Source of the DNA: Candidatus Neptunichlamydia sp.
GTDB taxonomy: Bacteria; Chlamydiota; Chlamydiia; Chlamydiales; Simkaniaceae
NCBI GenBank assembly: GCA_965233865.1
Contig: OZ247587.1
Location: 416,001-480,000 of the forward strand
Direction of reading: 5' to 3'
Length of the DNA: 64,000 nucleotides
Shown: positions 38,640 through 49,437 of the stretch, piece by piece
How the letters are laid out: each line of letters starts with the position of its first letter
How positions within the stretch are numbered: the first letter of the stretch is position 1
Notes under the pieces: generated by a model
Seen by the model: only the letters and a program-made list of their open reading frames with translations
Told to the model about the DNA's origin: nothing
Database searches by the model: none
Made by a program: the position numbers and the translations under genes

Positions 38640-39121
38640 TGCAAAGTATTTTGGATTTGATCTATCTAACGCTCATACAACTTGTTGTAAATTGGATGGT
38701 TGTTGGAATCATGTGGTTTTTGCAAGTTGTTCATTACCCACTCTATCGGAAGATTAAGGAGGGGTTTGTAGAGTATGAGCGCGCCCACATTAGACGGGCA
38801 GCGTTTTTGATCGGTCCTATCATGCTTATCGAAGTGATTACTTCGATACTCCTTATTGGGATGTCAACAGAAGGGACTCTAAAGAAACTTGCGGGAGCCA
38901 ATCTGATCCTACTGATCTTGATTTGGCTCTCGACATTTCTCTTTCAACTAAATCAACATCAAAAGCTTAGCGTCTGTTTCTCTCTTAAAATTGTGCAGCG
39001 GCTTATCCACTGTAATTGGATCCGCACCCTTCTCTGGACCATTAAGGGCTTGGTTATGCTATTTTTCTGTTATCATCTCTTTCATTTAGGCACCATCGCT
39101 AGAAAATTCTTTAATATGTAG
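38639..39121 (+). CDS. Four-TM hypothetical membrane protein
   Basis: GIMWFLQVVHYPL, NWIRTLLW. Confidence 0.75.
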   Translation: MQSILDLIYLTLIQLVVNWMVVGIMWFLQVVHYPLYRKIKEGFVEYERAHIRRAAFLIGPIMLIEVITSILLIGMSTEGTLKKLAGANLILLILIWLSTFLFQLNQHQKLSVCFSLKIVQRLIHCNWIRTLLWTIKGLVMLFFCYHLFHLGTIARKFFNM

Positions 39122-39189
39122 CACCATTATTTTTGATAGCTGGTATACCGAGTGTATGCTATGTGAGGAAATAAGGGGAGCTTAATCTG

Positions 39190-40824
39190 ATGCATGATCC
39201 TGTCCTTCCAGATGTGAAAATGGTCAATATCAACCACCGAGAATCGTGGGAAGGAGCGATTTCACGTCATTTTCGCTCTCAATTTAAAGTAGGATCACTC
39301 AAAAATTTCTGCCTTTCGATCATTACCTTTGGCGTTTATCCTTACAAAAAATACAAGCAATCGAAGAGATCGGTTGCTCAAGCGCTTTCTGCTCGTAAGC
39401 TTTTTTTTTTTAGAGCACTTCAAGAACATATTGAAGAACGCCGTAAGGAGCAGACTCATCCTGATCCAAGACAATCCCTCAACGCAATTTTCATGGGTGT
39501 TCAATCTGAAAAAGTGGATGAAACAGAGGAAGCCCTAGAGTTTAAAGCGATCTATAATCCTAATGAACTCCTTCTATTTATCACCAATCCTATTCGCGAC
39601 AATCGTAGTATCCGGCTTCATCGTCACAAGTCACGTAAACATCTTGATTTCTTAAGGATATGGCATGAGCTCAAGAAAAAAGCGCGTATCAATCAATACC
39701 GGCAGATCCAAAATATCAACTACTGCAGCCGGACATTAAAGGAAGAATATTGCTTGGCTCCCTCTGGAATTCATGACCGACTAATCCGCACTTCTGTTTG
39801 TCGAAAAAGCATTTACCTCACAACCAAGTTTCGTGAGCTTGGAAAGGCTTTCCAAGAAGTTGTTCTTGCATATCAAGATTTTCATGAGCTAAAAGAAACG
39901 AATCCTGAGCTTTTTTACCTTCTTGAAACTCTTTCTAAAACCTCTAAAAAAGATATTAAAACCCTTCAAACCTATTTAGCTAGTAGGTATTTAACCCAGG
40001 ATCTTTCTCTAGCTAACCGTAGACAGTTAATTCAACTCGCAAATCAGCAAGAGGCCCTTTACCGTATGAGCGAGGAGGATCAGTTTGGCATATGTGCTCT
40101 GATTCTCAATAAATATCAGTGGGAATTTCTCCTCTCCATTCAAGAAGTTTCGCAAGTGACTTTAGGTCTTTTAGACTGGGCATTTGAAAAATGCCCCTCA
40201 GAAATTCAAAAGGAACTGTCTTTTATAGAACGCATTTATGAAGGGGTTGACAAGAAGGTAAATGATGATACCGAAGCATTTCCTACCTTTAATGAAAAGA
40301 TTTCTGAGGATGAGAGTCTTCGTTTTATGACAGTTGGTTTTGCAAAAGAACTTAATCGAGAGTGGCCTTCTCTCTACCTTTATGACCATGATAAACTCTT
40401 ATTTCACGCGGACAAAACCGATTCTTTTTCAATGGAAAAACTCATTGAGACTTACAAAGAAATGCAAAAATTATGTCCAGCAGACGAAAACCTTTTTTCT
40501 CTCCTACAGCAAGCATTTTCTCAAGTAGGAAGACAAGCCTTCCAATCTGCGATTGAGGATGGAGTGTTAAAGCTGCTAGGAGAAAAACCGCAATACTTTC
40601 TTCCGATCCTTTCTAATACTGATATCACAGTTGTTAAGGAAAACGAAACCTACCTTAAGTTGCGCTATACTTTTGAGCAGCTTATTACGAAAAAAGGAGA
40701 GGTTCAACATCCTTTTGAAATAGAAAAATATATGGTGATTACCCAGCCACTTATTAGAAAAAATGATAGGTGGTTCTCTCCTGAGGCACAGAAAAAAATT
40801 GCTGCGAAGAAGAGGTCTGAATGA
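39190..40824 (+). CDS. Hypothetical protein (544 aa)
   Basis: Long ORF coupled (ATGA) to the MFS gene; no family recognised. Confidence 0.75.
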   Translation: MHDPVLPDVKMVNINHRESWEGAISRHFRSQFKVGSLKNFCLSIITFGVYPYKKYKQSKRSVAQALSARKLFFFRALQEHIEERRKEQTHPDPRQSLNAIFMGVQSEKVDETEEALEFKAIYNPNELLLFITNPIRDNRSIRLHRHKSRKHLDFLRIWHELKKKARINQYRQIQNINYCSRTLKEEYCLAPSGIHDRLIRTSVCRKSIYLTTKFRELGKAFQEVVLAYQDFHELKETNPELFYLLETLSKTSKKDIKTLQTYLASRYLTQDLSLANRRQLIQLANQQEALYRMSEEDQFGICALILNKYQWEFLLSIQEVSQVTLGLLDWAFEKCPSEIQKELSFIERIYEGVDKKVNDDTEAFPTFNEKISEDESLRFMTVGFAKELNREWPSLYLYDHDKLLFHADKTDSFSMEKLIETYKEMQKLCPADENLFSLLQQAFSQVGRQAFQSAIEDGVLKLLGEKPQYFLPILSNTDITVVKENETYLKLRYTFEQLITKKGEVQHPFEIEKYMVITQPLIRKNDRWFSPEAQKKIAAKKRSE

Positions 40825-42125
40825 GGAAAGTTTTGCGCAGTGTTACACCACCCTTGGTGAGCCTTGTCATTGTGATGTTGGGAAATGGATTCTTCACGAC
40901 ATTTACCAGTCTGCGTCTTGCAGTTGCTGACTATCCTAATTGGATTATTGGCCTGATTAATGCATTTTATTACGCTGGAATTATGCTTGGCTCTATTTAT
41001 ATCGAGAGGCTCATTGAAAGGATTGGTCATATCAGAGCTTTTGCGATCGTAGCGTCTGTCAATTCTGTTTTAATTGTTTTGCAAGGGGGTATGATTAGCG
41101 TTGCCTCATGGTCAATATTTCGATTTTTTATGGGATTTTGTGTTTCGGGATTTTTTATTGCAATTGAGAGTTGGCTCCTCCTTTCTACAGGAGTTAAGAA
41201 CAGAGGGAGACTTCTTTCGTTTTATATGCTTACGCTCTATGTGGCTCAAGGATTTGGACAATTTATTCTGAATTTTTCACCGATCAACAGTCTACTACCC
41301 TTTGTCATCACGGTTATCCTAAGCTCTCTTTCTGTGATTCCTGTCTGCGTGATGAAAAGTAATGGTCCTATGCTTCTAGATTCTTCGATTACTAATATCT
41401 TTCAAATTATCCGAAAGGCTCCTCTTGGTCCTATCGGGTGTTTTGTTTCGGGGATGATTCTAAGCTCCTTTTATTCTCTTGCTCCGATTTTTGCTAAGGA
41501 GATCAATTTCTCCGTGATGCAAATTTCTCAAATTATGGGTTTTACTATCCTAGGAGGGCTTGTGCTTCAATGGCCTATTGGACATCTTTCTGATATATTT
41601 GAGCGTCGAAAAGTGATTATTGGCGTAGCCCTAGCTTTAATGTGTGTGACGTTTGCCCTTTATCATAGCCTTCACTTCCATTATTACCTTCTCCTTGGTT
41701 TAACGATCTTATTTGGAGGGGTCTCATTCACCCTATATCCTCTTTCGATCACGTATACGTGTGACCATTTTTCAGATAAAAAAATTGTGGGGATCACCTG
41801 CGCCCTTCTGGTAATTTATGGAGTTGGGTGTATTATCGGCCCCCTTGTTGCTCCATTTTTCATGACTTTCTTTGGTCCTAGCGGTCTATTTCTCTATATG
41901 AGTATTTTTTGTGCTGTCTTTATTCTTATTTGTCTATGGAGGGTATTTCATGCCAAATCTCGTGGTGATGAGGAGCAGAGCGATTATCTCCCGCTTCCTA
42001 GAGCGACATCTCTAGCCTTTTATATCGACCCTCGAAGTGATCTAGGGGATGATGAGCTAGATGATGAGGATGAAGATCTTTACCCCTTCAGTCAGGAATA
42101 TGAAGATGAGGATGAAGATGATTAA
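40821..42125 (+). CDS. MFS transporter (YcaD-like) with acidic C-terminal tail
   Basis: 12 TM pattern, IERIGHIRAF, IESWL, QWPIGHLSD..ERR. Confidence 0.9.
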   Translation: MRKVLRSVTPPLVSLVIVMLGNGFFTTFTSLRLAVADYPNWIIGLINAFYYAGIMLGSIYIERLIERIGHIRAFAIVASVNSVLIVLQGGMISVASWSIFRFFMGFCVSGFFIAIESWLLLSTGVKNRGRLLSFYMLTLYVAQGFGQFILNFSPINSLLPFVITVILSSLSVIPVCVMKSNGPMLLDSSITNIFQIIRKAPLGPIGCFVSGMILSSFYSLAPIFAKEINFSVMQISQIMGFTILGGLVLQWPIGHLSDIFERRKVIIGVALALMCVTFALYHSLHFHYYLLLGLTILFGGVSFTLYPLSITYTCDHFSDKKIVGITCALLVIYGVGCIIGPLVAPFFMTFFGPSGLFLYMSIFCAVFILICLWRVFHAKSRGDEEQSDYLPLPRATSLAFYIDPRSDLGDDELDDEDEDLYPFSQEYEDEDEDD

Positions 42126-42205
42126 TTATAAAACATTTGAATTTCCAATATTCACGCTCACTTCATAGAGATATTTTGGTAATATCTTGCTTAAAACTTA
42201 GGTTA

Positions 42206-43336
42206 TTAGGGAAGAGTTGCTGCGCGGATTTTGCTTGCGAGTGAGATAACCACTTCGGCAGCTTGCTTGACTTCTTCAGTGGTGTTAAAGCGGGAGAAGG
42301 AGAAGCGTAATGAGGAGGAGGCTCGTTCGCGGGAATAACCCATTTTAAGAAGAATTCGAGAAGGTTCTAAAGCGCCAGACGCGCAGGCTGAAGCATGAGA
42401 AGCAGCAATCTTGTGCATATCAAGTGCAATTAGCAGAGATTCTCCATCAACTCCAGGAAAGAATAGATTAGAAGTATTAGAAATTCTAGGACCTTCTCCA
42501 TTAATTTCTACGTCTGGAAAGGCCGAAAATATCTCTGATTCAAAGAGCTCACGAAGAGATATAAGGCTAGCCGCGTTTTCATCTTCATCAATTAAAGTAA
42601 GTGCGCGGGTCATACCGACGATTCCTGGAAGATTTTCGGTTCCACTTCGAATTTTTTTCTCTTGTCCCCCTCCTGTCACAAGGGGAGAGAGCTTGAAGTT
42701 TGAGGAAGCAAAAATGAAACCCACTCCCTTTGGACCATGGAACTTATGAGCAGAAAATGTGACCCCTGACACTCCAGGATAAATAGCAAAAGGCTCTTTT
42801 CCGAGGAATGAGACGCCATCGACAATGAGAGGAACCTTGGATGATCGGGCAATGGCAGCCATTTTTTCAAGGTCAATTTTGATCCCTGTTTCACTATTGG
42901 CTGCTGTGAGGACGATGAGTTTTGTATCGGGACGGAGAGCTTTTTGTAGGTCATTAGGATGAGGAGCTCCGTAGGTGCTGACTGGGAGGAAAGTGACATC
43001 AGCTCCCTTTGCCTGCAGATCGATTAGTGTACTATATACGCACGAGTGATCAATAGGAGATCCGATGATATGGGCTTTGGAATTATCTAGTGAGCCTCGG
43101 ATCAGAAGATTCATCCCCTCTGTTCCTCCTGAAGTAAAGAGGATTTCACTAGGTTTCACACCTAAAAAGGAAGCGATTTGAGAGCGACAGTCAGAGAGCA
43201 CTTTTTTCCCTTCCTGACCAAAGTGATGGACGCTTGAGGGATTCCGAGGGGGAGCAGCAAGTTCCTCAATCATATCTTCTATGACTAGAGGATCGATTTG
43301 TGTTGTGGCATTATTATCGAGGTAAATTCTCATCAT
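42206..43336 (-). CDS. Cysteine desulfurase (IscS/NifS family)
   Basis: YLDNNATT, FTSGGTE, SAHKFHGPKG, RSGTEN, SACASG. Confidence 0.93.
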   Translation of the reverse strand: MMRIYLDNNATTQIDPLVIEDMIEELAAPPRNPSSVHHFGQEGKKVLSDCRSQIASFLGVKPSEILFTSGGTEGMNLLIRGSLDNSKAHIIGSPIDHSCVYSTLIDLQAKGADVTFLPVSTYGAPHPNDLQKALRPDTKLIVLTAANSETGIKIDLEKMAAIARSSKVPLIVDGVSFLGKEPFAIYPGVSGVTFSAHKFHGPKGVGFIFASSNFKLSPLVTGGGQEKKIRSGTENLPGIVGMTRALTLIDEDENAASLISLRELFESEIFSAFPDVEINGEGPRISNTSNLFFPGVDGESLLIALDMHKIAASHASACASGALEPSRILLKMGYSRERASSSLRFSFSRFNTTEEVKQAAEVVISLASKIRAATLP

Positions 43337-44141
43337 CTGTTTTCACAATTACTACAGTTACGTTGTCCAGCCCCCCCTGTTCTTTAGCTCTTTCAACAAG
43401 CTGCGTAGTTGCGCTCTTAATATCTTTGCTATTTTTCAAAATCTTAGTGATTTCTTCATCCGAGACCTGATCAGTGAGACCATCACTGCACATCAAGTAT
43501 ATATCATGAGGGTTTACTGGGGCAATATGGATTTCTGCTTCTACATCCATCTGAGTTCCAATCGCTCGGGTTAAAATATTTTTGTAGGGGAGAGTTTGCG
43601 ATTTTTCTTTTGATACTTGCCCTTTCTCAATCATTTGATTTGTGAGGGAGTGGTCAAGGGTCAGTTGATCAAGGAGTCCTTGTCGAAAGCGGTAGATACG
43701 ACTATCTCCTACGTGACCATAAATGAGTGAATGTTCGTGAAAAAGAAGGGTACATAGGGTGGTCCCCATCCCTGAGTAATCCTTTTTCTTTTTGCCTAGG
43801 TGATGAACCCAGCTATTAGCATTTTCAATGCAAAGCTTATTAAAAGAAGAAAGATCAAAAATATTCCACTCCCTCTTTGCAGAAACAAAGAGCTCTTCAA
43901 TTGAGGCACAGACAAATCGGACAGCTTCCTTTGCTGCGACTTCCCCAGCGTTATGTCCACCCATTCCGTCGGCAAGGGCAAAAAATCCATATTCATGGAG
44001 ATTAAGAAATATATCTTCGTTATTTGTGCGGACATGGCCGACATCCGTAAGTCCATAACAAGATAGTGGAAAGGCGTAGCGGTTCAAGATGATTTCCCTC
44101 CTGCTATTTTGGTGATTCCTGTTTGAGATGGGTCCTGACAT
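43314..44141 (-). CDS. PP2C-type Ser/Thr protein phosphatase (true start may be near 44087)
   Basis: RTNNED, ADGMGGH, GMGTT, HVGDSR, CSDGL, GGLDNVT. Confidence 0.92.
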   Translation of the reverse strand: MSGPISNRNHQNSRREIILNRYAFPLSCYGLTDVGHVRTNNEDIFLNLHEYGFFALADGMGGHNAGEVAAKEAVRFVCASIEELFVSAKREWNIFDLSSFNKLCIENANSWVHHLGKKKKDYSGMGTTLCTLLFHEHSLIYGHVGDSRIYRFRQGLLDQLTLDHSLTNQMIEKGQVSKEKSQTLPYKNILTRAIGTQMDVEAEIHIAPVNPHDIYLMCSDGLTDQVSDEEITKILKNSKDIKSATTQLVERAKEQGGLDNVTVVIVKTDDENLPR

Positions 44142-45319
44142 TCTCCAAGAAAAAGGAGGAGTTTAGTGTCAAAGTCGTAAACAGCATATAAGAAGGGGCG
44201 GTTCGCAATAAATTGAGCTGCATCGTTCCTTCTAGATGATTTTAAACTAAAGGATGAACTCGTTGTTGCTGTTGCGAAAATCCCTCCTTCGTCTATTGAG
44301 AGGACACTTTGCTGAAAGGCTTCACTAATCATTAAATTTTTTGTCCCATCAATTCCAGAAAAATTAGCTTTAGACGAGAGGGCATCATTAATTCCCAGCG
44401 ATCGGTAGAGAGGAAGTAGATTGAGTTTTTGTGAAACAATAAATTTCGGGATTGAGGTGATGACATAGGCTTTTTTAAGGTGCTGAAGATAGGAGATAAA
44501 GCCTTCAGGTTTTTTTTCATCTTGAGAGTAGTAAAAATTGTAGAGATCATCAGGTCTTTTTTTCGGGAGGAAGATGACAAAAGCAAGGTGCGAGTTAGGA
44601 TTTTCAATTGGGAGGGCTACAATTTGCGAATCATCATTTTCAAAGTAGTAGACCTCGGAAGATTGACGCATCATTTTGCAAGAGACAGAACTTCCGTCCT
44701 TTTTCAGGAATGGCTGTTGCCCTGTATTTTGGGTAGGAAAGGGAGATTCCCATGAGCCTTTTAACATGAGGCTATTGATAAGAATCATTTGAGTCGATTT
44801 AGAGAGGGTAGATGGATTGATGAAATTCGAAATCTTTCCATCCGATTTTTCATAGACCCACCTATTCATGCTTTTCGCCGCAATTAGAGGCTTACGAAAA
44901 TTGGCGCTATGGATTGATCCATCGAAGTCTCTTGAAATAAGCGATTTATAGGATCCTAACACATTAGATTTCTCATCTATCCACATGGTTGCACCAATCT
45001 GGACCTTATCTCTACCGCTAGTTAGATGATTGGTTAGGGATAAATAAGCAGTAGAGGCTTCTTTTTGCGCTATGGTCAAGTGAAGACTCGTTGCAATCTG
45101 GTGAGCGGTATTTCCTTTAGCTCCTATATAGGTCATCAAAAGAGAAGTACTAATTGCCAGGGGAGACATCACGGTGTTCTGAGATTTATCCATAATATAG
45201 TAGAGGAACATTCCAGTGTGATTAATGCTCTCTGCTAGCTCTTCATTGACAGCATAGGCTCGAAAGGGGGTTCCTAAAGTGATGAGGGTCAAAAAAAGAC
45301 CTTGTAACAAAGTGCGCAT
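44084..45319 (-). CDS. Serpin-family serine protease inhibitor, exported
   Basis: NTVMSPLAI, KGSWESPF, IPKF, IDEGG hinge, FIANRPFLY; signal peptide. Confidence 0.88.
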   Translation of the reverse strand: MRTLLQGLFLTLITLGTPFRAYAVNEELAESINHTGMFLYYIMDKSQNTVMSPLAISTSLLMTYIGAKGNTAHQIATSLHLTIAQKEASTAYLSLTNHLTSGRDKVQIGATMWIDEKSNVLGSYKSLISRDFDGSIHSANFRKPLIAAKSMNRWVYEKSDGKISNFINPSTLSKSTQMILINSLMLKGSWESPFPTQNTGQQPFLKKDGSSVSCKMMRQSSEVYYFENDDSQIVALPIENPNSHLAFVIFLPKKRPDDLYNFYYSQDEKKPEGFISYLQHLKKAYVITSIPKFIVSQKLNLLPLYRSLGINDALSSKANFSGIDGTKNLMISEAFQQSVLSIDEGGIFATATTSSSFSLKSSRRNDAAQFIANRPFLYAVYDFDTKLLLFLGECQDPSQTGITKIAGGKSS

Positions 45320-45330
45320 ACCACATTCTA

Positions 45331-46179
45331 CTAAGTTGAAATTAAAAGTATACGGATAACACTTATTGAATTGAATGTCATGTGTAAAGCGATTGGAGCA
45401 AGAAGGGAACGTTGCCTTTCATAGAGGAATCCTAAAAATAAAGCTAAGAAAAAGAGAGAAGACAGCAGGGCAATATTGCTCACTCCTTGATCGGAGGAAA
45501 AGTGAAACAGTGAAAAGATAAGAGCAGAAAAAATTATTGATTTAACCATCGAAAGTTTTTTGCGAAGGTAAGTATATAGAAACCCTCTAAATACAAGCTC
45601 TTCGATGACTGGAGCGGCCACTAATATCATAAAGAGAGCAATTGATAATAGAACAGGGGACTCTTTTGCCATTTTTAGGTAGCGGACAGCAATTTGATCA
45701 ACCGGTGATAGCCCTGTTAGAGCAAAAGCAATAAACTCCATCATTTGACTTACTGCACCTACAACAGGAAAAGCAATAAGCCATGTTAAGATTCCCAGGC
45801 CAAAATCTTCAAGGATGCAAGAAAAACGGTTTCGACTTGGATGGACCCACATTGCATGAAGGGCGGTTTTGTCTTGCAACAGTGAGAGAGAAAAAAGATA
45901 AGCAATCACCCATGAAAGGGAAACGATTTGAAGAAGGGTCATGAGTAAGATTGGGGAGTGCTCAGCAAGATCTTGCAAGTACTTCCCCACTATACGTACA
46001 CTGAGAGGGGCAGTGATAAAAAAAAGGAGGAGGTATCCGATAATTCCAATGATTGGATACCTAAGGTCTGCCGTAGTTCTTGGCAATGCTTTGACACGAA
46101 AAAAGCGAAAGTGTGCTGCCACCCACAAAAAAACGGCTCCGACTATTCCTAGAAAGAACCCTGATGTTAGGTGATTCAT
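45331..46179 (-). CDS. CPBP/Abi (CAAX protease-like) intramembrane metalloprotease
   Basis: EELVFRG, FSLFH, HMTFN motifs. Confidence 0.9.
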   Translation of the reverse strand: MNHLTSGFFLGIVGAVFLWVAAHFRFFRVKALPRTTADLRYPIIGIIGYLLLFFITAPLSVRIVGKYLQDLAEHSPILLMTLLQIVSLSWVIAYLFSLSLLQDKTALHAMWVHPSRNRFSCILEDFGLGILTWLIAFPVVGAVSQMMEFIAFALTGLSPVDQIAVRYLKMAKESPVLLSIALFMILVAAPVIEELVFRGFLYTYLRKKLSMVKSIIFSALIFSLFHFSSDQGVSNIALLSSLFFLALFLGFLYERQRSLLAPIALHMTFNSISVIRILLIST

Positions 46180-46859
46180 TGGCTCTTGGAGAGAAGGATA
46201 TAATCCTCAACTCGCTTGATTACCTCTTTGCTAAACTGCATATGAGCACGTCCCATAGGAGAAACAATAAATGTCATTTTTTTCCACTTTTCAGGGCTTG
46301 GTGTATTAAGGCTCGAAGGTTTAGGGATCAAGTGATCTTGATGGATAAATTCTTGCAAAATGACTTCAGGGTGAGAACCTCGTAAATCAAACACACGAAC
46401 TCGCATGGATAGTGAAAGTTCAGAAGAGGGAGTAATCTTGTCAATAAAATTCCCCTTAAGGAGCTTTGAATGAATGTCATGTTCAACAAGCTCTGCGAAA
46501 ATTACGAATTCATGACGATCAAAAGCATCTTTAATCCAGTCAATATTTGTGCTAAAGGGACTATCTTCAGCACTCAAGTTAGCAACAACCTGGTTAATCT
46601 CATCAGGAGTGTTGAGGTAAAAGCTGTTTTGTTTGTGGAGACGTCCGCGGAGCTGATCTGTAAATTCGTCTGAGAGACTCCAACCTACTTGAGCGTTTGA
46701 GCGATCAAACACCGGGATAAAAGCAACAACAGGTTTGGCACGCCCATCATCATGGAAGCGAGTCACTTGATCATAATTACTATTCGAAGAACACCCAAAA
46801 AGGGTAAGACAGAGGGCAGAAATAAGTCCAAACCGTTTTAACATAAATAAGATCCCCAT
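46176..46859 (-). CDS. Chlamydial CT253-like lipoprotein
   Basis: Lipobox LFGC (start probably at MLKRF); KPVVAFIPVFD; adjacent to the CPBP gene as in chlamydiae. Confidence 0.7.
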   Translation of the reverse strand: MGILFMLKRFGLISALCLTLFGCSSNSNYDQVTRFHDDGRAKPVVAFIPVFDRSNAQVGWSLSDEFTDQLRGRLHKQNSFYLNTPDEINQVVANLSAEDSPFSTNIDWIKDAFDRHEFVIFAELVEHDIHSKLLKGNFIDKITPSSELSLSMRVRVFDLRGSHPEVILQEFIHQDHLIPKPSSLNTPSPEKWKKMTFIVSPMGRAHMQFSKEVIKRVEDYILLSKSQ

Positions 46860-46891
46860 TGGTGTAAAAAATGAGGATAACCGATGTAGAT

Positions 46892-48709
46892 TTATGTGGC
46901 AATGAACAGAACACTAGTAAAGGGATAAAGGGTATATTCATGAGAGTAACTTCCCTCTTCTCCGTGCGTGTCAATAATCCGTTTCCATAGGCCCTTTGGA
47001 AGAGGCCATGTGAGAGTTTTATGGGAAGGATTGAATGCTACTAATATGGAACGATTGATTATGAGAGCAAGAAAGGGAAGATCTAGCCACTCTGTTCTTT
47101 CTATTTTTTTAAGATGAAACTTTCGAAATGCAGTGAGTTTAGAAAGAAACTTCTGAATTCCAGTGCGTTCCCATTGAAAGTAATTCAAGGCATTGTCTTG
47201 ACACCAGGTATTGTTGTTACCTAGTTTAGAGTGGCCATATTCATCGCCCATAAGGAGCATCGGAATTCCCTGAGAAATCATTAAAATCAAAAAAAAGTTC
47301 TTCATCTGCCGTGTTCTTAAAGAAAGGATTTCAGGTGCATCTACAGAACCTTCCACGCCGCAATGCCAGGAGATATTATGATTAGAGCCGTCTTGGTTTC
47401 CCTCACCATTTTCCTCATTATGTTTTTCGCTATATGAAACAAGATCATGGAGGGTAAAGCCATCATGAATAGTGACAAAATTGTAACTCTTTGAGGGAGC
47501 ATTATAAATATCAGGAGAGCCTAGGATCCTTTTTTTGATGCTATCAAGATTTCCGTCTCCTCTGATGAAGTGGCGGACATCATCGCGATACTTGTCATTC
47601 CAGCCTCCGAAACGGTAAGAAGGGAATGTGCCAACTTGGTAAAGACCTGCAGCATCCCACGGCTCAGCAATGAGTTTTGTGGGTCCTAATATTGAATCTC
47701 GATTGATCATTTCAAGGACTGGTGGGTGCTTTAACGGTTTTCCATCCTGTCCACGTGTTAAAATTGGAGCTAAATCAAAACGGAAGCCATCAATGTGATA
47801 TTCGATGACAAAATGACGAAGAGAATCGACAATAAGCCGGGCTGCTGCTGGATGATTACAGTTAAACGTGTTTCCACATCCAGAGTAGTTATGGTATCCA
47901 TTCTCATCGACTATGTAGTACGAAGCGTTATCAATGCCTCGAAATGAGTAATAATACTCTGGAAATGAACCTTCATTGGTATGGTTATAAACCACGTCCA
48001 TAATCACTTCAATCCCTGCATGATGGAGTGCCCTGACCAAGATCTTTAGATCCTCTTGAGAGCCGTAGGGGCGCATAGGAGTAAAAAAATTTGCTGTAGA
48101 GTAACCCCAATAGTTTAAGAGTTCCCTTCCTGTTCCAGGTGTTGTTTTTTGATTTTCATTTTTGCTAAAAGATTGAATAGGAAGAAGTTCTACAGTGGTA
48201 ACTCCAAGGTCTTTTAGGTAGGGAATTTTCTCTATAATTCCTAAAAAAGTCCCAGGATTTTCAACGCCGCTACTAGGATCCTGGGTAAAGCCGCGCACAT
48301 GTAGCTCGTAGAGGATCATTTCTTCGGGTGGAATCATTGGGCGGGAATCTGCCTGCCAATCAAAATCTTCTTGGGGAATGATAACAGCTCTGGGAGTTTT
48401 TTTTTGGTTATTCCAAGCAGGTGATTGGTTTAGGAGCGTTGCATAAGGGTCAACAAGATCCATCTCTTTATTGAAAAGATGCCCCTCTTCAGGTTTATAG
48501 GGTCCATTGCATCGATAGGTATATTCATAAGTCTTAGGAAGATTTTCGAGAGTAATTTCCCAGACATCTCCCTTTTGCTGCAGATCAGCTATATGAAATG
48601 GGTCATTTCTCTCCAGTTCATAAAGGTGCAAGCAAACTTGTGTAGCATGCCTTGAATAGAGTGCAAAGGTCGTCTCTTCGCCTGATTTTGTTACTCCCAG
48701 AGCTGTCAT
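46892..48709 (-). CDS. glgX: Glycogen debranching enzyme / isoamylase (GH13)
   Basis: YELHVRGFT, NYWGYST, DVVYNHT, DGFRFDLA, AEPWD, HDGFTL. Confidence 0.95.
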   Translation of the reverse strand: MTALGVTKSGEETTFALYSRHATQVCLHLYELERNDPFHIADLQQKGDVWEITLENLPKTYEYTYRCNGPYKPEEGHLFNKEMDLVDPYATLLNQSPAWNNQKKTPRAVIIPQEDFDWQADSRPMIPPEEMILYELHVRGFTQDPSSGVENPGTFLGIIEKIPYLKDLGVTTVELLPIQSFSKNENQKTTPGTGRELLNYWGYSTANFFTPMRPYGSQEDLKILVRALHHAGIEVIMDVVYNHTNEGSFPEYYYSFRGIDNASYYIVDENGYHNYSGCGNTFNCNHPAAARLIVDSLRHFVIEYHIDGFRFDLAPILTRGQDGKPLKHPPVLEMINRDSILGPTKLIAEPWDAAGLYQVGTFPSYRFGGWNDKYRDDVRHFIRGDGNLDSIKKRILGSPDIYNAPSKSYNFVTIHDGFTLHDLVSYSEKHNEENGEGNQDGSNHNISWHCGVEGSVDAPEILSLRTRQMKNFFLILMISQGIPMLLMGDEYGHSKLGNNNTWCQDNALNYFQWERTGIQKFLSKLTAFRKFHLKKIERTEWLDLPFLALIINRSILVAFNPSHKTLTWPLPKGLWKRIIDTHGEEGSYSHEYTLYPFTSVLFIAT

Positions 48710-48897
48710 ATCCTCCTTTTAGTTATATGCAAGATTTTTGGCCAGAAAGGTAAAAGGCTATTGCATTTCTATGCCGTAGGGACTATCATGAAAAAATAAA
48801 TTGTTCTTTGTATGAATTTTTTGTTGCACTTTTTATCTAAGCCTGAAAAATTTCTTTTCGAAGAACTATATAAGAATTTATTAAGGAGGAGACATTA

Positions 48898-49437
48898 ATG
48901 TCACTGCAAAACGCTGAGGCGAATCTCAATGAGTTTGGAAAAGAGCTAAACTTAGAAGGGTTGGCCTTTGATGAAAATCACACCTGTATTCTGGGGATCG
49001 ATAATACATTTTCGCTTCACCTTACCTATGAGCCGAATTCTGATCGTCTCTATCTCTACGCTCCGATTCTGGACGGTCTTCCGAAGGATGATGCTTCCAA
49101 GTTAAAACTTTATGAAGCTCTTCTTGAGGGCTCGATGCTTGGCGGCCAGATGGCTGGCGGTGGTGTCGGTGTAGCCGTCAAGGAAGAATTGATCTTGATG
49201 CACTGCGTTCTTGAAATGGGATCTGGAGCTGACGCTTCGTCTCTTCAAAGATTTGCTCCTCTTTTTGTGGAGTCTGTCGAAAAGTGGCGTGAAAGGGCTA
49301 AAGACATCCTTGAAGGACGCGATCCAGGAGCAACAGGCATTCCTGGAGGTGGACCAATGACTCCTGGTGGCCAGCTGCAACATGGAAAGAAGGGTGGTGA
49401 AGATCCTAAACCAGGCGATCGTTTTATCAAGATCTAA
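48898..49437 (+). CDS. slc1: Type III secretion chaperone, CesT family (Slc1/CT043-like)
   Basis: FSLHLTYE..SDRLYLYAPILDGLP and LLEGSMLGGQMAGGGVGVA as in chlamydial Slc1; divergent from glgX. Confidence 0.88.
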   Translation: MSLQNAEANLNEFGKELNLEGLAFDENHTCILGIDNTFSLHLTYEPNSDRLYLYAPILDGLPKDDASKLKLYEALLEGSMLGGQMAGGGVGVAVKEELILMHCVLEMGSGADASSLQRFAPLFVESVEKWRERAKDILEGRDPGATGIPGGGPMTPGGQLQHGKKGGEDPKPGDRFIKI

